A stretch of 32,000 bases of DNA from Pseudoalteromonas sp. MSK9-3 (GTDB lineage Bacteria > Pseudomonadota > Gammaproteobacteria > Enterobacterales > Alteromonadaceae), in NCBI RefSeq assembly GCF_003590335.1, contig NZ_MIET01000046.1, positions 264,905 through 296,904 on the forward strand. Reading direction: 5' to 3'. The position numbers and the translations under genes are program-made. Below the pieces are notes generated by a model. It had not been told where the DNA came from. It did not search any database and saw nothing but the letters and a program-made list of their open reading frames with translations. Of the stretch, positions 25,293 to 32,000 are shown in pieces. Numbering within the stretch: position 1 is the stretch's first letter; the number at the start of each line of letters is the position of its first letter.

Positions 25293-27338
25293 TTATGCTT
25301 TTGTTGGTATTATAGGTAAAGTTAAACGAACACATAAGCCCCCAGACTTGCCGTGATGTAGTTTAATGTCACCTTGTAAGGCGTGCGTTAAGCCTTCGCA
25401 TATAGAGAGCCCTAGACCTGATCCTCCTAATGCCCTACTACGAGACTTATCTATGCGATACAGTCGCTCAAATAGTTTATTAAGCTCGGCTTCAGAAACA
25501 CCTGGGGTGCTATCGTCAATCTGAATGAATATATGTTTTGTATTTACTCTGACTTTTAATCGAATGTGTCCTGGGCTATCAGTGTATAAACACGCATTTT
25601 TAGCTAAGTTAGTAATAATTTGATCCAGTTTTTGTTTATCGGTCGTGAATATCGTTGCTTCAGGAATATCGATGTCAGCTATAAATCGTAAATTAGATTG
25701 TTCTGCGAGTGTTTTCATATCCGCTATGTAATGTGAAGTAAGTGTACTTAAGTGACACTCCTGCCATATCAAATGAATTGACTGATTTTGCACTTGAGAT
25801 AATTGATATACGTCAGAGATGAGGTTATTTAGCTGCGACATTTTATTATATATTTTAGTGTAAGCGAGTACCTTGTCATCGAGCAAGTTATGCTCCAAAG
25901 CTTCAATATGTAGTTGTAATACACTTAATGGTGTTCTGAGTTCATGAGAAATATCAGCCAACATTTGGTCTTTTTGTTTCAAATTCGCTTGATATAGACT
26001 TGCCTTATATTGGGCATTGCGATGTTTTATGACATATAAGTACACGGTGACGACACTGAATAGTAAAATTATGATACATGCCAGCAGCCATGTGCGCTTT
26101 TGCAAAATTTGTTTCTCGAGTTCAACTTTCATTACTGCTGACTTTTTTTCTGTTTGGGCTAGTTTTTGATATTGAACCAGGGCGTTAACTTGCCGTTTAT
26201 ATTGCTCGGTGGCACCTTGAGTTATTTCTTGATCTGCTAGTTTATGAATAGCAAATGCGCTCAGTAAAGCGTGATACGCTTCTTCATGTTGATTTTTAAG
26301 CATACGGTATTGTGCTTTAGCATATTGAAGCTGGGCATCTAGTTTTTTATCATTTATGCCTTTGAGGATCTCTTGGGCTTTTGGGAGGTATAGTTCAAGA
26401 AGGTCGGTGTTTTTTAACTGAATATGTAGTTCTATTAGATGTAAATAGGCATTTGCTTTTCTTATTGGAGATTGCGTTTTTAAAGCATGATTTAAACTTT
26501 GTTGTACTGAACTGAGCGCCATATGAGGGTTATCTAGCTTCAAGTAGATGCGGTGCAATGAGTTATATGCACGTGCTAGATTTGCATTGGCCTCCAGTGG
26601 CTTTAGTATGCTAATGACTTCTATAAATTGATCTAACGCTTCGTTGTATTTGTTATTTTTCAGTTTTATCTCTGCAAGCCTTATTCCTGTGTCTGCAATG
26701 TTTTTTACTTCCTCTGACTTTTTATCATTGATGAGTGCTTCATTAAAAAAGTGTTCTGCTTGTTCAAAATTATGAATGCGTACTGATAGGTCACCTAAGT
26801 TATAAAAGTTGGAAGCCTTCATTTCCCAATCTTTAGATGTTTCAAGAAATTTTTGGGCCTTTAAATGGTACTTCATAGACAGAGCCACGTTGTTTTTTGC
26901 ATCATACAATGACCCGAGATTATTATAAGACTGGCCTATGAGTGATTTATTATTGAGAGATTTAGCTATTTTCAGTGCTTTTAAATAATGCTTTTTGGCT
27001 ATTTTTAGTTGATGGCTGCGTCGGTAGTTGATCCCAAGCTCTTTGGTTACATCATAAAGAAGAGCTTTAGAAGGTAGGTTAATTAAAGAGATGGTATTAA
27101 GTTGCATGATGGCGTCATCATACCTATTTTGTTTACGTAAAACTTTTGCGAGTTTGAGCTTTGTTTTATTCTCATCGAACTTGCCACTGCGTTCGAGAGT
27201 TTTTAGCAAAGTATGTGCTTGTGTTAATTGCCCTTGATTTATCAGCACATCCACATCATTGAATGATGGTTGTGCCAATACAATGCCAGTAAAAGTGATA
27301 TTAAAGAAGAAAAAAACCTGAGCTAAATAGTGTTTCAT
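25293..27338 (-). CDS. Sensor histidine kinase with a large N-terminal TPR-repeat domain, 681 aa
   Basis: Signal peptide, about 400 aa of TPR-like repeats, a TM segment (LLACIIILLFSVVTVYLYVI), H-box SHELRTPL, and ATPase G-box GGSGLGLSI. Confidence 0.9.
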   Translation of the reverse strand: MKHYLAQVFFFFNITFTGIVLAQPSFNDVDVLINQGQLTQAHTLLKTLERSGKFDENKTKLKLAKVLRKQNRYDDAIMQLNTISLINLPSKALLYDVTKELGINYRRSHQLKIAKKHYLKALKIAKSLNNKSLIGQSYNNLGSLYDAKNNVALSMKYHLKAQKFLETSKDWEMKASNFYNLGDLSVRIHNFEQAEHFFNEALINDKKSEEVKNIADTGIRLAEIKLKNNKYNEALDQFIEVISILKPLEANANLARAYNSLHRIYLKLDNPHMALSSVQQSLNHALKTQSPIRKANAYLHLIELHIQLKNTDLLELYLPKAQEILKGINDKKLDAQLQYAKAQYRMLKNQHEEAYHALLSAFAIHKLADQEITQGATEQYKRQVNALVQYQKLAQTEKKSAVMKVELEKQILQKRTWLLACIIILLFSVVTVYLYVIKHRNAQYKASLYQANLKQKDQMLADISHELRTPLSVLQLHIEALEHNLLDDKVLAYTKIYNKMSQLNNLISDVYQLSQVQNQSIHLIWQECHLSTLTSHYIADMKTLAEQSNLRFIADIDIPEATIFTTDKQKLDQIITNLAKNACLYTDSPGHIRLKVRVNTKHIFIQIDDSTPGVSEAELNKLFERLYRIDKSRSRALGGSGLGLSICEGLTHALQGDIKLHHGKSGGLCVRLTLPIIPTKA

Positions 27339-27402
27339 AATGCTTATTTGTATTGAAAACCGCGCACATTCTTGATGATTAATGTGGTTGAATTATGAAG
27401 CC

Positions 27403-27419
27403 TGTAAAGGGCCTTTACA
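27403..27419. repeat. 17-bp perfect palindrome TGTAAAGG-G-CCTTTACA
   Basis: Read directly. It lies 43 bp left of the distal iteron cluster, in the kinase upstream region. Confidence 0.6.
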
Positions 27420-27461
27420 TATTGCATTTTGCGCAATTATTTGTCGGCATTAAGGGAGAGG

Positions 27462-27653
27462 GTTAGTAAAATTGTGTTTTATCAATGCTGGCGTTAGTAA
27501 AAATTTGATTTATAACTGTGCCAAAGTTAGTAAAAATGTGCTCTGTGAGCGATTAAGCTCTATTTATTGGTGAAATAATTGGCTGGAAATATGTTTTAGC
27601 GGTAATTCTTGAATGCTACGTTGAATTTGCCAAAAGATAGTAAAAATATGATC
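27462..27653 (+). repeat. Distal cluster of four origin-type iterons
   Basis: GTTAGTAAAATTGTGTTT (27462), GTTAGTAAAAATTTGATT (27493), GTTAGTAAAAATGTGCTC (27526) and GATAGTAAAAATATGATC (27636). All are on the + strand, with spacings of 31, 33 and 110 bp. They share the core of the ori iterons. Confidence 0.7.
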
Positions 27654-27670
27654 CGGTGTGTGTGTAGAGC

Positions 27671-27697
27671 AATAAAGAGCCTGTTAGGCTCTTTATT
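27671..27697 (-). terminator. Terminator of the isocitrate lyase gene
   Basis: AATAAAGAGCC-tgtta-GGCTCTTTATT: a perfect 11-bp stem 10 nt after the stop. Confidence 0.75.
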
Positions 27698-27707
27698 GGC
27701 ATCATTT

Positions 27708-29312
27708 TTAGAATTGATTCATGGTATTAGCCGACCCGCCAGCTTTTAGTGCATTTTCTCCTGAAAAATACTCTTTATGGGTATCTCCAATGTTAGACCC
27801 TGCAAGGTCTTGGTGTTTCACTGAGGCCTGCTCCCTGCGGATCTCTTGACGTTGCACATCTCTGACATATGCGAGCATTCCGAGCTCACCAAAGTAGCCT
27901 TCTGACAGAATATCAGTGCTCAGTGCCGTGGTATGGTAGGTTGGTAATGTGATCAAGTGATGGAAAATTCCTGCTTCTCGCGCCCCGTCTTTTTGAAAAT
28001 TCTGTACCAGCAAATCTGCTTCACGAGCAAGTTCTGTATTATCTAATTCTGGACTCATCAAGGCTTTCGGATCATGGCTTGGATCTGGATAGTGACTTAA
28101 GTCTTTTTGCTGTGCTTGCCACTGTGCATAGACTTGCTCTCGGAATTTCAGTGTCCAGTTAAATGAAGGTGAGTTGTTATAAACCAGTTTGGCGTCGGGC
28201 ACCTGCTCTTTAATGCTATTGACCAGTTCGGCGATTTGACTAACATTGGGCTTTTCAGTTTCAATCCACAGTAAGTCGGCACCTGATTGTAAGCTCGTAA
28301 CGCAATCTAATATGACACGTGCTTTTTCTGATCCTTCTTTAAATTGATATAGACCATTATCAAGGCGCGTTGGTTTGCAGAGTTGCCCATCGAGTTTTAT
28401 CGCCATTTCGCCGTCATTTAGTTCATCTATATTATCGACCACGGTTGTTTCTAAAAATGCGGTATATTGGCTTGCGATATCTCCAGGCGTTTTTGATACC
28501 GGGATCTTTTGCGTTAGACTTGCGCCCAAAGAGTCTGTTCTGGCGACAATTATTCCCTCTTCCACACCCAGTTCTAAAAATGCATAGCGTACAGCATTAA
28601 TTTTTGCGAGAAAATCTTCATGTGGCACCGTGACTTTTCCTGCTTGGTGGCCGCATTGCTTAGCGTCTGATACCTGATTTTCTATTTGAATGGCACAGGC
28701 GCCCGCTTCAATCATTTTTTTAGCCAATAAGTAAGTTGCCTCTTCATTACCAAAACCAGCATCAATATCGGCTATGATTGGTACAACATGTGTTTCAAAA
28801 TTATCAATTCGCGAAATGATTTCTTGGGTCTGTTTACCTTGGGATATTGCATCATCTAACTCCCGGTATAAGTGGTCTAATTCGCGTGCATCTGCTTGTT
28901 TTAAAAAGGTATAGATCTCTTCAATTAATGACGCGACAGACGTCTTTTCATGCATACTTTGATCTGGCAGCGGGCCAAATTCTGACCGCAGTGCTGCAAC
29001 CATCCAGCCACTTAAGTACACGTATGAGCGCTTGGTTGTTTTTTGATGCTTTTTCACAGCCATCATCATTTGTTGTGCAGTAAAACCATGCCAGCAGCCT
29101 AGTGATTGTGTGTATTGACTCTTATCTGCATCATACGCTGCCATATCTTGGCGCATGATATTTGCTGTGTATTTCGCAATATCAAGGCCTGTCTTGAACC
29201 TGTTTTGAAGGCTCATTCGACTAGCAAACTCTGGGTTTATAGACTGCCATGTTGACTTGTTGCCCTGACAAAGGGTTGTATAGTGATCTACTTTAGCTTG
29301 GTAGTTTTTCAT
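27708..29312 (-). CDS. aceA: Isocitrate lyase (long ~530-aa form), 534 aa
   Basis: ICL signature KQCGHQAGK, an AAGGA RBS, and a divergent malate synthase gene alongside. Confidence 0.92.
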   Translation of the reverse strand: MKNYQAKVDHYTTLCQGNKSTWQSINPEFASRMSLQNRFKTGLDIAKYTANIMRQDMAAYDADKSQYTQSLGCWHGFTAQQMMMAVKKHQKTTKRSYVYLSGWMVAALRSEFGPLPDQSMHEKTSVASLIEEIYTFLKQADARELDHLYRELDDAISQGKQTQEIISRIDNFETHVVPIIADIDAGFGNEEATYLLAKKMIEAGACAIQIENQVSDAKQCGHQAGKVTVPHEDFLAKINAVRYAFLELGVEEGIIVARTDSLGASLTQKIPVSKTPGDIASQYTAFLETTVVDNIDELNDGEMAIKLDGQLCKPTRLDNGLYQFKEGSEKARVILDCVTSLQSGADLLWIETEKPNVSQIAELVNSIKEQVPDAKLVYNNSPSFNWTLKFREQVYAQWQAQQKDLSHYPDPSHDPKALMSPELDNTELAREADLLVQNFQKDGAREAGIFHHLITLPTYHTTALSTDILSEGYFGELGMLAYVRDVQRQEIRREQASVKHQDLAGSNIGDTHKEYFSGENALKAGGSANTMNQF

Positions 29313-29536
29313 AACGAGTTATCCTTCGAACGGTTAATTTATTCTGTTTTTCATATGAGAGTGCACCAAGTGGTCTGACCCCGGTGGTTAATTAAACATT
29401 AGGCCTGTTTTAGTGATTTTTTAAATTTATAGTTGTTATTGCCGTTATCATTTCTATGAATGTATATTTGCTGTTCGAGTGGGTAGTCTTTACGTTATGG
29501 TTACTTAAACCCGTTCAAATTAACTAGGATTTAGAT

Positions 29537-31714
29537 ATGAGTATAATGGTCCAACACTCAGGCTTGTCGGTAGATAAGGCGCTCTTCGAATTTGTAAATC
29601 AACAAGTGCTTCCTGGTACTGGTATTCAACAATTACCATTTTGGGATGGATTCGCGGATCTGATTGATTCTTTGTCACCCACAAATAGAGAGCTGTTAAG
29701 TAAGCGGGCTGATCTACAAAAAGAAATTGATGAATATCACCGAGAAAACCCTGTATGGGACAGCCATAAGTATCGGATATTTTTACAAGATATTGGTTAC
29801 CTAGTCACCCCGCCTAAAAAGTTTAGCATTGATACAGAAAATGTTGATCCAGAAATCGCATTGATGGCTGGTCCGCAATTGGTGGTGCCGGTTAATAATG
29901 CACGGTTTGCTTTGAACGCAGCAAATGCCCGTTGGGGATCGCTATATGATGCTTTGTATGGCACTGATGTGCTTTCGCAAGACGAAGGAGCGGAGAAAAC
30001 CCCAGAATATAATCCTGTACGAGGCTTTAAAGTGATGGCGTTTGCGCGTCAGTTTCTTGATAGTGCTTTGCCTTTAAGTAATGGTTCACACATAGAAAGT
30101 ACAAACTATGCAGTGCTAAATGGTCAGCTAATGGTCACGTTAAACGATAGCCAACATGTGACGTTACAAGCATCCGAGCAGTTCATTGGCTATCAAGGTC
30201 AAGCGCAAAACCCGTCGTCACTGTTGTTTAAACACCATGATTTACACATTGAAGTGCAAATAGACTGCCATGATCCTGTTGGTCAATCAGATAAAGCAGG
30301 TATCAAAGATGTTGTGTTAGAGTCAGCTCTGACGACTATTATGGACTGCGAAGACTCGGTCGCTGCCGTGGATGCACAGGATAAAGTGACGGTATATAGT
30401 AATTGGCTTGGTTTAATGAAGGGCACGCTTACAGAAGAAGTTTCTAAGCACGGACGACTTTTTACCCGTCAATTAAACGATGATAAGCGCTTTATTGCAG
30501 TGTCTGGGGAGCAAGTTACGTTAAAAGGTCGAAGCATGATGTTTGTGCGAAATGTTGGCCATTTAATGACAACCCCTGCAATAGTTGACCGTCATGGACA
30601 GGCTATCTTTGAGGGGATCTTGGATGCGGTGATCACGTCACTCTGTGCTTTGCATGATCTCAAAGGGTTGGGTCGGTATAATAATTCGGCTGCTAAAAGT
30701 ATTAATATTGTAAAACCTAAAATGCATGGCCCCGAAGAAGTAGCGTTTACAGCACAGTTATTTTCGAGCGTAGAAGCGCTATTGTCGTTACCTTGCAATA
30801 CAATAAAAATGGGGATCATGGACGAAGAGCGTCGCACCTCTGTTAATCTCGCTGCATGTATTGAGCAAGCTAAATCCAGAGTGGTGTTTATCAATACTGG
30901 ATTTTTAGATCGTACTGGAGATGAAATTCATACTTCCATGCTTGCGGGTCCAGTGCTGCCTAAGTCACGTATTAAGTCACAACCATGGATATCGGCTTAT
31001 GAGGATCGTAATGTTGATATTGGTCTGAATTGCGGCTTTTCAGGTAAAGCGCAAATAGGCAAGGGTATGTGGCCAATGCCAGATAATATGGCGCTGATGA
31101 TGGAGCAAAAGTTAGCACACCCAAACTCTGGTGCAAATACGGCTTGGGTACCCTCCCCTACAGCCGCGACGCTGCATGCTATGCACTACCACAAAGTCAA
31201 TGTATTTGACGTACAGCAACAAATTGTCAAACGCGAAGAAGCGGCTTTGGGTGAGCTATTGACGCCACCGTTATTGCATGATGTTCAGTTGAGTAAAGAA
31301 GATATTCAAGCTGAGCTGGACAATAACGCCCAAGGCATATTAGGTTATGTGGTACGTTGGATAGACCAAGGAGTGGGTTGTTCAAAGGTACCTGATATTA
31401 ACCATGTGGGGCTGATGGAAGACAGAGCGACACTGAGAATATCTAGCCAGCATATTACCAATTGGTTAGTACATGGGGTTTGTTCTCCAGAGCAAGTGCA
31501 TAGCACATTCTTAAAAATGGCTGAGGTGGTGGATGGGCAAAATCAAGATGATCCCAATTATAAGCCAATGGTTACAAGTAAAGCCGAGTTACAAACGAAT
31601 TTGGCTTTTCAAGCTGCACTTGCATTAGTATTTGAAGGTGCTGAACAGCCAAATGGTTATACCGAGCCGTTGTTACATGAGTTTCGTTTGAAGTTTAAGC
31701 AACAGGGCCAATAG
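29537..31714 (+). CDS. glcB: Malate synthase G, 725 aa
   Basis: The length and [19 protein letters not shown] match the remembered E. coli GlcB. Confidence 0.93.
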   Translation: MSIMVQHSGLSVDKALFEFVNQQVLPGTGIQQLPFWDGFADLIDSLSPTNRELLSKRADLQKEIDEYHRENPVWDSHKYRIFLQDIGYLVTPPKKFSIDTENVDPEIALMAGPQLVVPVNNARFALNAANARWGSLYDALYGTDVLSQDEGAEKTPEYNPVRGFKVMAFARQFLDSALPLSNGSHIESTNYAVLNGQLMVTLNDSQHVTLQASEQFIGYQGQAQNPSSLLFKHHDLHIEVQIDCHDPVGQSDKAGIKDVVLESALTTIMDCEDSVAAVDAQDKVTVYSNWLGLMKGTLTEEVSKHGRLFTRQLNDDKRFIAVSGEQVTLKGRSMMFVRNVGHLMTTPAIVDRHGQAIFEGILDAVITSLCALHDLKGLGRYNNSAAKSINIVKPKMHGPEEVAFTAQLFSSVEALLSLPCNTIKMGIMDEERRTSVNLAACIEQAKSRVVFINTGFLDRTGDEIHTSMLAGPVLPKSRIKSQPWISAYEDRNVDIGLNCGFSGKAQIGKGMWPMPDNMALMMEQKLAHPNSGANTAWVPSPTAATLHAMHYHKVNVFDVQQQIVKREEAALGELLTPPLLHDVQLSKEDIQAELDNNAQGILGYVVRWIDQGVGCSKVPDINHVGLMEDRATLRISSQHITNWLVHGVCSPEQVHSTFLKMAEVVDGQNQDDPNYKPMVTSKAELQTNLAFQAALALVFEGAEQPNGYTEPLLHEFRLKFKQQGQ

Positions 31715-31739
31715 TTAAATAAGCCAACTGACTATCCAG

Positions 31740-31768
31740 TACGAATGTAAACCCCCATTACATTCGTA
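31740..31768 (+). terminator. Hairpin after glcB
   Basis: TACGAATGTAA-accccca-TTACATTCGTA: a perfect 11-bp stem with a weak T-run. Confidence 0.55.
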
Positions 31769-31927
31769 TTGTGATTGAGTGCATGGCCGCTAGTACGCTT
31801 TACATCGTTCAAATTTGCACGCGATATTAGAGATAGCAATGCAATGACTAACTAAACGCAAACAGTTGACCCGAAGGCTTATATAGGCTCTTATGTTTTA
31901 CGTTTTTTTGATATTAAAGGAATTTTT

Positions 31928-32000
31928 ATGAAGTTATCTCTGGTTGCATTAGGTCTTAGCTTGTTTGCGAGTTCGGCCTTTTCAGCGCCCTCCTCATTAG
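31928..32000 (+). CDS. Start of a secreted/periplasmic protein (partial; signal peptide only)
   Basis: An AAAGG RBS lies 7 nt upstream. MKLSLVALGLSLFASSAFSAPSSL is a typical Sec signal peptide with an AFS-A cleavage site. Confidence 0.6.
   Translation, partial: MKLSLVALGLSLFASSAFSAPSSL

Overview
AT-rich gammaproteobacterial sequence. Gene content looks Alteromonadales/Pseudoalteromonas-like, but the taxon is inference. The window appears to span both the replication origin and the terminus of a plasmid-derived secondary replicon (chromid). Left part: a Xer-like tyrosine recombinase gene bracketed by inverted dif-type arms, with a 19-copy heptamer microsatellite. This is followed by housekeeping genes: ydiJ-like FAD/Fe-S oxidoreductase, ppsA, ppsR and a class II DAHP synthase. 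Centre: a ~3 kb almost gene-free stretch (10.6-13.6 kb) carries six co-oriented copies of a 14-bp Ter-like motif GAACACATCATACT, two transposase remnants and dif-like sequences. It is followed by a clear Tus (terminus-site binding protein) homologue, convergent with a plasmid-type Rep gene. Next comes a 584-bp origin with GATC-terminated 18-bp iterons, 13 GATC sites and a perfect DnaA box, then parA/parB. Right part: a SWIM-SNF2 helicase, an OmpR-type response regulator, rmuC, a membrane protein and a TPR-sensor histidine kinase. A second cluster of four origin-type iterons lies 11.5 kb from the origin, followed by divergent glyoxylate-shunt genes (isocitrate lyase, malate synthase G). I recognised no rRNA, tRNA or CRISPR array. 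The most interesting observations are three. First, the Tus/Ter fork barrier sits directly against the origin, which predicts enforced unidirectional replication. Second, the remote iteron cluster has mostly lost the GATC tail. Third, the recombinase module is bounded by dif arms. All family calls rest on motifs read by eye and remembered reference sequences; no searches were run.
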